Assembly (NCBI GenBank): GCA_964016885.1 | Contig: OZ024743.1 | Coordinates: 116,002,001-116,066,000 of the forward strand | Reading direction: 5' to 3' | DNA length: 64,000 nt | From: Eledone cirrhosa | Taxonomy: Eukaryota | Shown here: positions 15,105 through 29,029 of the stretch, piece by piece | How the letters are laid out: each line of letters opens with the position of its first letter | Numbering within the stretch: position 1 is the first letter of the stretch | The notes under the pieces: generated by a model | The model's input: only the letters and a program-made list of their open reading frames with translations | What the model was told of the DNA's origin: nothing | The model's database searches: none | Made by a program: the position numbers and the translations under genes

Positions 15105-15893
15105 TTAATATATATATATAATGTGTGTGCGTGTGTGCGCATTTATATATATATATATATATATATATATGCATACATAAAACAGATATTGAAACTTCCT
15201 GACAAATATATATAACATACATTTATACAAGCTTACATACAAAGCAGGCAAACATGCATATAGAGATATGAAAATCAATATCTATAGCAATATTCGTTAG
15301 TAAATTGCTCATTGGGTAGTTTTGTTTAGTTCCGTGTTTTATAAAGGAAATGTTATTGTTACTATACTAAATAGATACCAACATCTGATGAGAAATATAA
15401 TTCCCATTCAAAAAAAAAAACACAATAGAAACAGTAATATCATTTACAATAACAATTCTTAATGAACATTATCTAAGATTCCCATAGTGTATATCTATAT
15501 ATGTAAGATTTCTCTTATCATTTTTTTTATTACAAATTAAACTGCAAGGAAGACGAAAACTTAACGATGTTATGCTTCTTAGCTACTTTGTTAAAAAATA
15601 GCTCTGAAGCTTTTATTCACTACTGTTATGTCATTGTTTTGAAACTTGATATATATATATATACATATATATATATGAATGTACATATACATATATGTAT
15701 GTATATATATATATATATATACATATATACATATATAAATATATATATATATGTATTTGTATATATATACATGTATGTGTGTGTATATATATATATATAT
15801 TTATGTATATGTACATGTATGTATTCATCTCTATACTTATACATACATACTTATATCTATATATACAGGTGTATGTATATATACATGTGTATG

Positions 15894-15926
<33 letters not shown>

Positions 15927-16066
15927 ATACATATATGTGTATATATAATTTGAGTGTTATTGTAATTAGGCAATATATTAATTGAAAGATTTGTTTTTGA
16001 ACACTCCTGCTTATTAAACAGAACAGCAATGATACATGTTTATATATGTCTGTTTACGTGTGCATT

Positions 16067-16124
<58 letters not shown>

Positions 16125-18699
16125 TATATGGAGGGGAGGGGCGTATGTATGTATGTATGTATGTAGAAAAGCATTTTTTATGCATTTCGGATGGCAAATT
16201 CGTAGATGCTGGTTACTGCAATGGATAAAAAGAGGCTAAATTAAAGGGGTGGCTACTTTCTTCTCCGGAAGATGTAAGCAGAGCTCTGTGTAAGTACAAT
16301 ATGATTATAAATAAACCCCTTCAAAGGTGGCCCCATATTGTGTTTTAGTTGTGTGTGGGGAATGGTCTGCAAAGAAGCAATCATCTGCAAATCGATCTTT
16401 GATCAGTGATACTGCAAATGCACTCTCAAGAATAGTGAACTTTGGACTATTGGTGTTCCACTCAGCTAGTTCAACAGAATACCATTACATTCGGTAATGA
16501 AAAACCTTGAGTAATATGGCGATATGTAATCAATAATAGTTGAACATAGACAGTCGATTGGTGATAATAGGACGAGAGGATGCACAGATGTTAACGATAT
16601 GCTGAGGGTAGGTTTCAAGGTAGAAACAGATCAAGGAAATGTAGCTTATCTGTGGGGTTGTTAGAAATACGTGAGACGGTGTTATTAATTGTAGATAATT
16701 GTATATAATTGTATGTTTGGCCCGCACCACTTGATACAGTCGTAGTGGCGCCAAAGCGTATACATCTTGGACATTTAAACTGGTCGGAGACCATTTTCTC
16801 TCTAGGTCTGAACACAGAAGATTTCGTAAGAATAAGATAGTGATAGAATAAAAATGAGAAATGGATATAGTGGAAGAATAATGAAATCACATAAACTGAT
16901 AACTGCCGGTGTCCTTCATACATTAGTTGAACACTTTGTAATTGTTGGAAGCAGCAGAGGAATTTAAAAGTATAACTTAAGTAAAATTTGAGCCGCGGCA
17001 CTCGGCATCAATCTTAACAAGTGAAAGTCTAAGATCATCTTATATCAATTTGGCGCCCCTACGTCTGGATCAAGTGTTGCGGGTCCGAACATACATACAT
17101 ATGGGATTCCTCCTTGGAGACGGTTGCTTCTGACATGACACCCTGGAAGGAGTGTGTTGAGGATTCTGCCCCCATGACCCTCCCAGGAATAAGTGACAGA
17201 AGAAGAGGAGGTTTTGAGACAAAGTTACTGGAAATCTGCCTGCTGATATCTATAGGAGAGGCGTCAACTGATTAGATTGTAGTAAATACACATTTTAATA
17301 TCTACCATACAAAATCGGTCTGAACGTAGTTAATAAAATTGATTCTTTTTCGTGCTATAATTTCCTTTTAATTTTTTTGCTTCCTGTTGTTGTTTTTCTT
17401 TTTTTGAATTGATTGATGACTTTTTAAAAGATTAAGACTATCACAGAAATGTCAGAAAAATATTCTATTCAATATTTTGCCTTGTGTTTTGAAATAAATA
17501 TTTCTAAAATGGACACAAGGCCAGTAATTTGGGGTAACAGTAAAATCGATTATATCTAACACAGTACGTGAGTGTTAACTTATTTTATCGCTACTGAAAG
17601 TCTGAAAGACAAATTTGACTGCGACAATATTGGAACTTAGAACACAAAAAGCTGGAACAGTTACTGTTCAGTATTTACCCAAGGCTGTAACCATTCTGCC
17701 AAATCCCCAACCCATTTATGATTTGAAATAATTGTTTCTTAAATCTAAGTCTCAAATGTGTAAACAGAATTCAAAATATCCTGACAAGAAACAATTACAG
17801 AAATGGGGAGGACATCGAATTTATGTTTAACAAGTAGAATCATATTCTGGCAAAATGTGGAATCATATTTTTAGCTTCGATAATAATGGACATTTTTTTA
17901 CTTTATATTACCTTCCGCAACGTGTCACAATGGATGCTTGTTTTGTGCTTTCCATTACAATTTAACTGCTCGAACAATCACTATTAATAATGCATAAAAC
18001 AAATGTAAACTAGGGGAATTATTCACAACTACATGGATATGTTAATTCAGGTTGACGATTACCAAGCTATAACTTTCTCCGTTAGATTTTTTTCTCATAA
18101 GTTGAATAAATGATATTCAAATGCAGTAAAACAGCTTAACGAAAAATATTGATAGTTCTACACTAATTTGATGGGGTACAAGTTAAAATAGTATTAATCT
18201 GAGTAAGGCAAGCGGCGAATTGGCGTGGTGATGAGAACGTCGAATAGGCTGCTTTGCGATATCTGTTATGGCTGTCAGCTCTCAGAGTTCAAACTCCGCT
18301 GCGGTCAGCTTTGCTTTTGATAATCTCGTCGTTCAAAAAAGGACCAGTCACGCACTGGGCTCGATTTTCTCCTCCACTCATTCTCCAATACTGAAAAACT
18401 AGTGTTCAGAGCTGGAGAGTGGATGAGATCCACCAGGTTTTAAATGGTAACGACATGCCAACGCCCCTACAACTCCTTGGGGAGTTACATACCAACTGAT
18501 GCAAGCATAGAAACAATGCATCAATAAGCTACCAGCCTATACCAAGACAGAAATCTTCATTATTTATGAAATTAACAACACTTTTTCTTCTGCGTACAGT
18601 GCAACTTACTTTTATATAACGTGCAAATGTACTTTTATATGACGTGAGAGTATAGTTGCGGAATGAAATGTTAAGCTGACCTACTGCAACTAATAGGCT

Positions 18700-18990
18700 A
18701 TAAATCATTTTTTCCGATGATTTAACGACACCATTACATCAATTGTAAAATCAAGAGTATGAAAACTATACTATCCTATAAAAAGATCAACTCGTGGGGT
18801 GAGTAGGTTATGCCAGGAAGGACGGTTGGCTGGTAAGAAAAGCAGAGGCCAGCAGCCAAAACGATGGCTTGATAATATCAACCTATGGACTGCACTTGAT
18901 ATTTGCTCTTTAAACCCTGCTGTTGGTGATCAAACTTTGTGGAGAAAAATATCCCATGTTGATGCGCAGTCAGCAACTGGCGGAGTTTAG
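18700..18990 (+). mobile_element. 3' fragment of RTE-type LINE
   Basis: QEGRLAGKKSRGQQPKRWLDNINLWT...DQTLWRKI matches the RTE C-terminal G.R.RGRP..RW.D motif. Confidence 0.6.
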
Positions 18991-19966
18991 CGTCAAAGTA
19001 GTATTAATTTGGTGCAATGTAATGTAGCGCAGTATTTTGCAGTCGTATCTATACACTGTCTGCTGTAATATTGTTTTCTAAATTAGGTACAACTTGAGAG
19101 GGACGACGTTAATTAAATCCTATTCAGTACTTGTCTAGCACATTATTGTATAAACCTCGGAAGGATTAAATGGAACGTTTCACTCGGTGGGAATCGAACC
19201 TAAAATTTAAAGAGCTAGAACAATTAAGGCAATAGTATTTTCTCCGGTGCTCTACTAATTCTGCGAATCTACTACGATTAGAACTGACGTATTAGTGATT
19301 TATAAATTAAGGAACAAGGCCAGGATTTTGTAGGGCAGGGGAAATCCAATTAAACTGACCCCAGTAATTTACTGGGACTTTATTTTATCGAGCCCCGAAT
19401 AAAGAGCCGTAACAACTACAGCAGATCATTTTGTACAACTCTCTGATGTTGCGACCAATCCATCGGGCGGATCTGATGTAATATTAAATGACAAACATGC
19501 TAACGAATGATGAAAAATGTGCATATTTCAATACAAAAATCAATAAAAATCTGACGCGATTAAATATTAGCTATAGATATAGATTTATTCCTCGCGCAAT
19601 TTTATCTGTCCTGTACCATAACAGATATCTATTCAGCTATTTTATATGTATTTTTATTTTTATTTATAGCATACTTTGGAATTTTGCAGTAGATGCAATC
19701 ATTGGTTCATTGCATACGCAACAGACATATTGACAAGGGAGTTCACTAACTTGTGGCAGAACAAACATGTCCCGTTGGACTTCGCTTGCAAAGCATATTT
19801 TCGTAGCTCTCGCGGATGTTTACATCACTTTGCCAAATTAAATTGTCGAGGATGCACAGACACAAACACTCTCACACACACAGACACACACACACACACA
19901 CACACACGTACACGCACACACATATATCTATCTATCTATTTATTTGTCTCTCTCTCTCTCTCCCTG

Positions 19967-20009
<43 letters not shown>

Positions 20010-20273
20010 GACGGCGATGATTTAGTTTTGCGAGGTTTTTTATATGAAATCGTGTGTCGAAACAAATATTGTTATACTTGGGGAGGGTCATATTTGTGTA
20101 ATATTGCCAGAATTAATAACAGAATACACTCACTGCTTGGGTGGTTTTCGCTTTTCGCGTCTGTGTCCTTTATATCGGTAATCTAATTTATTCGGTCCTC
20201 AATGTTGCAATTGACTGACCGACGGTGAAAAATAATACAGATACAATATAGACACAAACACACATATATACAC

Positions 20274-20310
<37 letters not shown>

Positions 20311-21820
20311 CACTTAAATGAAAAATGTTAATGTTTCAAAATCACGATACATATTTCACGAAGCAAGACGTCTTATTCAAATAGAATATTTAAATGTTAA
20401 GTAATAAATTACTGTATTACGGTAAAATTTAAACAAAGAATTGATACGTGGGTCAGCTATCGGTCAAGGCGACCTCAATGTCACATTCTGGGTTCGTAAG
20501 CTTGAGTTAGGATGGGGATACAAAGCGACCGTTTCTGGCGTGTCGTACATAAAACAGAGCCAATTGTCAATTCTAGTTTACAATGTCTGGGATAACCATA
20601 TAGTCTGTGAAAAGCGTGCTTGTTCCTATCCGAAAACCAGAGTAGCGTGACCGAGAATCACTTAAAGGGTATGAAAATTAGTGGTTCACAAATATATAAA
20701 AGTTAGAGAGTTACATAGATTACAACAATCATAAAAATGAGAAAATCAGTAATAATTCAAATTATAATAATAACAGGTAAATAAATCAACCAATAAGAAG
20801 TAAAGAACATATAAAAAGTGAATAGTTATAATTATAATGGATGAAGTTAAAAAGCAAACAAGTAATTAAACCGTAATTGATTGGTTAAAAAACTAAAAAA
20901 TATTCGTGTGTACATTTATGGTTTTATATCAAATGAAAGTTTATAGCCAAATCATTATATATCTATATATATATGTATATATATATAGGAACATTCATGA
21001 CCCCGACGGCAGAGCTCAAGCCGTTTCGACAGCTATTTCTGGACTAAATTAGCATTTTTAGCCTGGTAAATAAATACCCGAACTTTTCATGGGGTACTTC
21101 CTTATATGGGAAGATTGTAATTGTCAAGAGGATTGGTCAAAATTTCTTGTAAACACAATTAAATGTATCATGGCAGTGGGTGGGAGGTGGTGGTGACTGA
21201 CCTTGCCTGTAGAGCAATGAGGGTGTGGGTGGAGCCGGTCAAACATTGAAAGTGAAATCTATACACCAAATTTTAAGGATTGTGTATGAAAGTAGACCAG
21301 AGGAAGTAGGCGCAAAAGGGTTCTGGAGAAAATGGAGGAGGGACATTATAGAATAGGTAAATCAATTGAGATTTGGAGACAATAAAAAAATAAGAGAAAG
21401 ATATATAAAAATATAAAATTGGATAGTGGGAGGTGATAAAAAACAATAACTGTGGAGTCTAAAACAGCTGCTATATTTAGTTGATGTTTCTTTTTCGGCC
21501 AGTGCTGTAGAATATGTTAATAAGTTGAGAATAGAAAATACTAAATAAGAATGTTTGAAATTATAGAATTGAGTAGCAAAAAGTAATACATCTCGGGAGT
21601 CTAACACAGCTGCTATGATTAGTTTGTATTGCGTTTTCGGCCAATGCTCTTTTTAATTTACTGGCGTGGGCGTACTGATGCTACAGAGGCCTGATGGACT
21701 GCCTCGGGGTAGGCGAAAGGGGAAAAAGAAAGTGGAAGAAGATCGGGAGTGGAAGGAAGTGATAGGAGGAGATAAAGGGAAGAAGAAAACAGAGAGGATC
21801 CGAAACAGCTGTTTCGGATC

Positions 21821-23510
21821 ACACCAAAATCAACATACTAATTGCGGATTTAGTAAGGGTGATGAGGAACGTGTTCCGAATGTGCAACCCCAAAGAATTA
21901 GAGAGACAGATACAACACTTCATCCACCGTATGCAGTTCTCTGGCTACAATCAGAGAGATAAAAATCAGAGTATAGAGAGGAGCCACAACCAAATGGGAA
22001 AAAATGGTAAATAATGACACAAATGGGACCTGCCCCTTGTATAGGAGCACATTTTGGAATAAAACAGAAATAACTAGCAATAAGGTTAATAAAATAAACT
22101 CATGGTATGATAGCAATAAATACCAGATTGTAATGTTCATCAATATAACCCCTAGAGGTGAACTAGCTTACAAATTTAGAAGGGCCTTAGATAAACTTAA
22201 ACTAAATATTAAGATGGTGGAAAGACCAGGTACTTCCATGAAACACGAATTAGTAATGCATACCCTTTTCAAAGCCCCCCCCCCCCTGTATAGATAAGAT
22301 ATGCATAATCTGTAAGCTAAGCCCCCATATTAACTGTAAAACTAGAAACATAGTATATAGCATAAGATGTACTGAGGGGCAATGTAGAAATAAAAATATA
22401 ATGTACATGTGTGAGACAGCTCATAGCATAGGAGAACGATTAAATGAACACTGGCGAGAACTCCAAAATAGAAAAGACTCATCAATACTCCACCAACATG
22501 CTAAAATAGAACATATCTATATATTAATTTGAACAATGTCAGTATTCCGTGTGTCATAATTCTCTATTATCATTGGTTCATAGGTTTCAAACGACTCCGC
22601 CCACCTCAACAACGCCAAAGTTAAATTAATATGCATAATGCCAATGTGGGAGTGGAGAGTAAGAAACAGAGAGGCAAAGTGAACGCTGTAACTATTTCCA
22701 TGTGGGCGTGTGTATGTACGTGCGCGTATGTTTATGTGTGTGTGCGTGCGTGCAGCGTTCCACAGAAAGTAAAAGTAATTCGACTTTATCAAACAGTGAA
22801 CAACAGCGGCGACGACGTGAAGCCAGGAATGAAGAAAAACGGGCCGAACATCGCCATCGGAACGCCGAACCTCAGAGGCGAAGACGTGCCGCCATGAATG
22901 AAGAGGAGCTGGCTGAACAACGCCAACGAATCACCGGTGCCAAGCCACGACGGCATGCTGCGATGGGTGAAGACGAACTGGCCGAGCATCATCTATTATA
23001 TTAATTATCTATATCTATATCTACCTATAATATAAAAAATTGGAACTTCTATCATCCTTTTGAGAAACGTGGAACAACCACGTCTATGCAATGATACACG
23101 TTTCACAGTCAGGCAGAAGATGAACCCTCTCCTAGAGGTCACTATTCTAGGTGGGAGCACTTAGAATTCCTCATATACTATGCAAATACGGTAAAACGAA
23201 GAATCTGGTATATCTGGAAGATTCTTTTCACTGTTTTTGTATCTCACAGACACCACGGATTCGCCTCATACTGTAACCAGACAAACATCCAATACAGTCA
23301 TTTTCTCTTTTACCTTTCTTCTCATATCATCTGTTTACACGTGCGAACCTGGGTACGTCAGCTAGTAAGGGAAATTAGAGAACATAGAGATAAAAATAGA
23401 ATCTACACACAGAAAAGACGCAATGCTTAGACAAATCACACAGGCAATAAACATAAATGCTCCAACCAAAATTAAATAGAAAACATGAATGGAATAGCAA
23501 CATCACAACT
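21821..23510 (+). mobile_element. 5'-truncated PLE (RT thumb plus CCHH GIY-YIG; Nematis-like), interrupted by a Helitron
   Basis: KINILIADLVRVMRNV...YQIVMFINITPRGELA...CIICK...NCKTRNIVYSIRCTEGQC...ETAHSIGERLNEH...SILHQHAKIEH, resuming after 23366 with LENIEIKIESTHRKDAMLRQITQAINI...LNRKHEWNS. Same family as 46240-47319. Confidence 0.85.
22516..23365 (+). mobile_element. Non-autonomous or composite Helitron
   Basis: Starts A|TC and ends CTAG|T with no TSD. Subterminal hairpin CGTGC-GAACCTGG-GTACG. Carries a charged repeat ORF remnant (QRRRRAAMNEEELAEQR) like RepHel N-termini. A second TCTATATCTATATCT start occurs near 23008. It cleanly splits a PLE ORF. Confidence 0.75.
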
Positions 23511-24001
23511 TATAATTAAACACACACACATAGAACAAACAACTAACTAGTAACATGTAAATAAACAAATAAATAAACAAATAAATAAACAAATAAAAGC
23601 ACAGGCATACACCCGGATGTAACACATGCGCAAACTAAAAAACACAACACACATAAATACAAGATGGCGTAGGACAGAACAAAGGAGAGGCACAAAACAA
23701 AGAAAACAATTCCCAGTCATTGAAGAGGTCACAGAATGTGTGACGAAAGAACTTTAACAATATATGAACAACCACCCGGTTGTGGAACCAACCAACCAAC
23801 CGGAAATTTATAAAATTTATATTTATAAAATTTATAATAAATTGATCTGAAAGCACCTGGTGCGTGTTTTTCTTATTGGCAACATGACTCTCTCAAAGTA
23901 TAACAATATATATATATATACTACCATAACTTAAACTTAATATAAACTCATATATGTACACATGAATAGTTTTTTTTAAACAATTCCTTAATTGTTAATT
24001 A

Positions 24002-25838
24002 CACCGTGTAACATATCTTTTGTTCCCCGGTTCAAAGTGTAATTTCATGGTTTGTTATATTCCATTATTATAGTTAACTTTGCGTTTCATCCATAAGGGG
24101 TCGATAAAATAAAGTACCAGTAATGTACTGTGTAATTACTGGCCTTGTGCCTAAAAATAGAAACTATTATTATAAAAAACACTATTATTTAATCAGAAGT
24201 TTTGGTTTGTGGTCAGGAGTTTGATATTTCGAAATTTTCATATTTTTCAAGAAAAAACACATTTTTTTTTAATTTATCAGTTTATATGATTAAATCAACA
24301 AAGTATATATTTACTTTATTACACAAGCTTATCAAAAGCAAACAAGTAAAAACAAATAACACTTATAAATCAACTTATACACGTCAGAAATGACTGGATT
24401 TCCTGGATTTGCGGTTGTAGTTCAGGTCGCATTCCCGCACTAGCCCCCAGATATAGTCCCCCGTCATTTTTTCATTGTAGTGGCGATGGTACCTCCGCTC
24501 TATCTCTTCCACATCTTAGTGGAATCGTTTTCCTTGTTCTTCTGAGTAGGCACCCATATTGTCCTTGAATTTTTCCAGGTGAGCGTCCAGCATATTGACT
24601 TTAAGCGACATCCTGCATCCCATGAGGCCAAAAGCCTTTATCAGATCCTGCACCAGTTGCTGGTAGTTTTCAGCTCTGTAGTTACCCTGGAAGTCCTTAA
24701 CAACTGCCTTGAAACAGTTCCATGCTGTTCTCTCAATCCTATTGAGCTTATTGGAGAACTCGGTAGAATCAAACACCTTCTTTATCTGAGGTCCAACAAA
24801 AATTCCACCTTTGAATTTAGCCTCAGATAACTTGGGGAAGAACTCAAGAAGGTACTTAAAAGCGGCTGATTCTTGGTTGAGAGCCTTCACAAACTGCTTC
24901 ATCAACCCCAACTTAATGTGCAGTGGCAGCATGAGCACAATCCTGGGATCAACCAGTGGCTCCCACATGACGTTCCGCGTCCCAACTACAAATTATGTTC
25001 GTTGCTCCCAGTTATTTCTTTTGTAGTGGTCAGAGGTGGCTTTGCTGTCTCAAAGGCAGAGGAAGCATTGGAATTTGATAAAGCCTCCTTGAAGTCCAAG
25101 CAGGAAAGCCACCATCTTGAAGTCTCAAATGATTTTCCAATTGTACTGGTTGTATTTCAGAGCTTCCAAGAGGACTTTCACACTGCAGTAATCTTCCTTC
25201 AGGCAGACTGAAGCTAGGGGCAGTGTCGGCAACTAGTTTCCATTGTGGAGGAGGACAGCCTTCAAACTTGTCGTGGAGCTGTCTATAAATAGCCGCCACT
25301 CCTTGAGCACAAACGGCACCCCAATAACGTCAAACAGTCCAGACACGTCATAGCAGAAGCAGAGGCCATCGCTAAGAATGAAAAAGCCTGAGAAAGGTTC
25401 GTGTCGACTTCTCTGACTTGTCACCTGCACTTCCTCCTTGACCAAGTTCCACTGCTTCATCCTGAAGATGAATTCTTAAAACACAACTTACCCTTTATTC
25501 AGGGTGCGAAAATCCAGTATCAATAAATCTCTTTAATCTACTTTTTAACAATTGTATACTTTATTGCACTTTTATAATTTTCTTTAGGTATTACTCTTTA
25601 TTTTTTAAGTTTAATTTGACCTGAAACATATATTAAAAAATCATTTAACATAAGCAAATTAAACTTACATACAACGTAAAATCCAGCATACAAATAATTC
25701 TAGTGAATAGCTTAGAATTTTTACAAACCCAAACTTTTAACTGTTAGCACTTTTTTTATTTATTTGGGACCTAAGTAACACAAAGAAAGTGATTACAAGC
25801 CAGGAACAGAGAAACATTTTTTTTTTTGTTACACGGTG
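24002..25838 (-). mobile_element. Chapaev3-like (CMC/Transib-related) DNA transposon, internally deleted
   Basis: TIRs CACCGTGTAACA...TGTTACACGGTG with 3-bp TSD TTA at 23999-24001 and 25839-25841. A transposase remnant lies inside, and a SINE fragment is inserted near 24070-24170. Confidence 0.8.
24390..25465 (-). pseudogene. Frameshifted DDE transposase remnant
   Basis: WRLFIDSSTTSLKAVLLHNGN ... LPLHIKLGLMKQFVKAL ... GIFVGPQIK ... MSLKVNMLDAHL ... YSEEQGKRFH, with several stops and frameshifts. Confidence 0.85.
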
Positions 25839-28299
25839 TTAATTACTTACAAATAAGAGAGAGAGAATGGTACGTGAGGGCTTAGGGAAAAGAGCAAAAT
25901 ATAGAAAGGACAGAAATAGTAAAACAGATGAGACTAGTATTGATTGTAGTCCAACGTAAAGAAAAATGACACTGAGGCGCAGAAAATGTAGTAAAGGATA
26001 TTTGAAAAATAATGTTTTTTTTATATAGGCACAAGGCCATCAATTTTTGGGGAGAGGAAAATTGATTAAATCGACCCTAGTGCGTGACTGGTACTTTATT
26101 TTATCGTCCCCGTTAGGATGAAAGACAAAGTTAACCTCGGTGGGATTTGAACTCAGATCATAAAGGGCCGTAACTCTATACTGCACAGCATGGCGCCCGA
26201 CCAGGCTATTTGAAAAATAATAAAAATCCCATTGCTGGTTGTAAATCTGTAGTGATCCTGTCTTTATTTCTTGTATTCCTGAAGAAGGGCGCATCGAACT
26301 TTCTCTTTTTTCCATATAAGCGTGAAACTAATAAGACTTTTTGTATATGATATCCTTTACAATAGGTGTATCGATATACTCTACAATTATTTCGGGCCAA
26401 CATTTTATTTTAATATTAAAAAGTTATATTATATGAGGGCTACGTTTCCTCTTTAAATACGAGGTCGTGATTTAAGGAAATATATTGATGTCGAATGTTT
26501 TAGAAACATTTCTTTCATTTGTCGAGCTGCTTGGATGTTTTAAAATTTTAAATACTGGAATCCAAACGCAGCAATCGCTGAACACAATTATGGCTTTAGA
26601 AAGTCGGGTAGCCAGTAATTACTATGAAAATTCAAACCCCGTGTTGCCCGAATTCTGGCCAGAATTCAAGCGACATGGAATTCCATTCTCTCAATTAGCT
26701 ACTGGTCAATTTGTGTTTCGATTCCATTTATTTTAATTCATTCATTTTTTAATTAGAAGATACGTGTTTTATTTGAATGCACAGATGATCTTCAAAGGTT
26801 CGATTGCATCATTCCAAATGTCTTTTCACATAGCAAACTCAGCAAACCAAATTACAATTTGAGTATAATGTATCTTAGTTGCGTTCTCAGGAAAGCAAAC
26901 TACGTTCGAGAAAGAAGCACTGCCACTCTTAAGAATATTTCTTTCTGGTCTATATACCAAGGCTTCATTTCAAAGAAATGATAATGAAGAAAATAAGTTT
27001 AAGTGTTCAAGATTAACCTTCTGAATTTCCGATATAATAAAAATAGTTGCAGGACTCTATTTATTAATAAGTAAATATTTCATCTCCTCTTCATCTTATG
27101 TTGGGTACTGTACTTTTCTTTCTGAACAGTTCATAGACCAACACCTTCACTAGCACAATGTATTGCCCTGGTTATATGTGATTAAAGTTAAATTGAACCT
27201 GGTTAATAATTTCTAGTCTAGGTTTCTAATGTTGTCATATATGTAGAGCATAATGTGTGACATCAAATAGTGTGAGGTTATCTATAATTATTATATGCTT
27301 GGAGGGTTTTCTGTAAGTTCTGAGAACAAATCCTGTCACCTGTTATCAGAAAATTGATAACAATTCTGCAAATATTTGCAACCGGCAGATGGGAAAAACA
27401 ATGGAAATATAGCCTGGATTACAGATTTCTTTCATTATACGTATCTGAATAGGTATGTGGATGCGTGTATACTCGTGTCAGGAAATTAATGAGAAATAAC
27501 AGATAGTATTGATAAACAAATAAAAAACAATACGTGATGATGTTGGGGTGTCTGGATCGCTGTTAAATTTGACATAATTCCCTGAAAGCATATTTCATCT
27601 AAAAGCGAAAGAAATTAACATATTTGAATTTAACTACAAATATACACAGGAGATATTATTTATAGCTTATCAAACAAACAGGGGCGTTTGGGATTTCTAT
27701 ATTTAAACTGTCTTCTCATATTGGACACCATTAAAGAATTTGCTATTAGTTAATGACGTATGTATTGCACACAAGAGGATTTATGAACATATTAATCCAT
27801 TCAAATCGATAATTGTAATTAATTATCTTAACGTATTAAGATTGAGGCATATGAATATGTATAAAATCTAATGAAATTCCTGTCGTAATGTGTTTGTATA
27901 TCTACGGTTTATGGTATTTCTAATCGCTGTTGTTTCTCCTCGAAGTCATTTTGTTTTAAGTGCCTTAAGGATATTCTTTAAGGATATTCCTCATTTTTAT
28001 GTATGTGGTTAAAAAACAATCGAGCACCAGAGATTCTCAGAGCATCAGATCCCATTATTCCTCTTCCACTCCTATGTACTCCAGTCTACGCCACTATAAT
28101 TAATTGCTACCTAGTAATGATTTTACTACTATTTTATTACAACAATTTATGAATTTAAATTTCTGAATTAATTTTACTCAAATAAATAATGAAATCCCTA
28201 CTTTAATTAATAATAAAACTTCCATTTGATTTAATGTCTAAAGAATCTGTTGGGAGAGCCTTGTCAAGTGGCAACAAACTAAAAAAAAAGGTTCCAATG

Positions 28300-28600
28300 C
28301 TCAAATCATTGCATGACATCATGGCATTTGATTTATTGTACAATTTCGCCAACATGCACAGATATGGCTAATTTCATCGACCACTGTGCTGAGATAGTGA
28401 TGTTCTTTCTTATTAATCAACATATTCGTAACAGTCCCAACAGTACATTCAATCGTGTCTAATGCGAAGGATAAAAATACTTGTTGAGCATTTGCAACTA
28501 CTTTCTTATATTTTGCAACTTTAATTGTTGTTTTGAAGCACTTTTCATTAGGGTAACTATGTATTCAGACTCGATTAACCCACGCAGTTATTAGATAGCT
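28300..28600 (-). pseudogene. Possible ancient Mutator-like transposase remnant (SWIM zinc finger)
   Basis: The minus frame reads ...STVVDEISHICACWRNCTINQMP*CHAM, a CxC-x10-(C>stop)xH SWIM-like pattern. No TIRs found. Confidence 0.3.
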
Positions 28601-29029
28601 AAACAACCCAAGAATAAATATTCAGGCTTCAGATCAATTCTTGACATCACTTTGGAGGCTAGAGAGGTATTCTGAGATTATTTCTAAGACATTTCGTCAT
28701 GGATCATCTTTACTGAATAGTGGGATAAAATTCAAACTGATATCTAGTTGGTATTCGACAGGCTTCAAGGATAAAACCTCCGCTTTTGTGGCGTATATAA
28801 CCAGCAGGTATTGCGATGTTCCCGAAAGAATATTATGAAGAAGATCGTGCTCGAGTTTATTACATACAAAATGCAATAATCAATATATTTTATTGTTTGA
28901 TATTCCCAGATTTCTTCCATGTTACAAAACAAAATTACAGAAAATAAATAAATCATTTCACTGTTGTATAAATAACATTAAAATATTGATGGAAATATGA
29001 AAGAAGAAAAAGTATAAAAACTAAACCTA

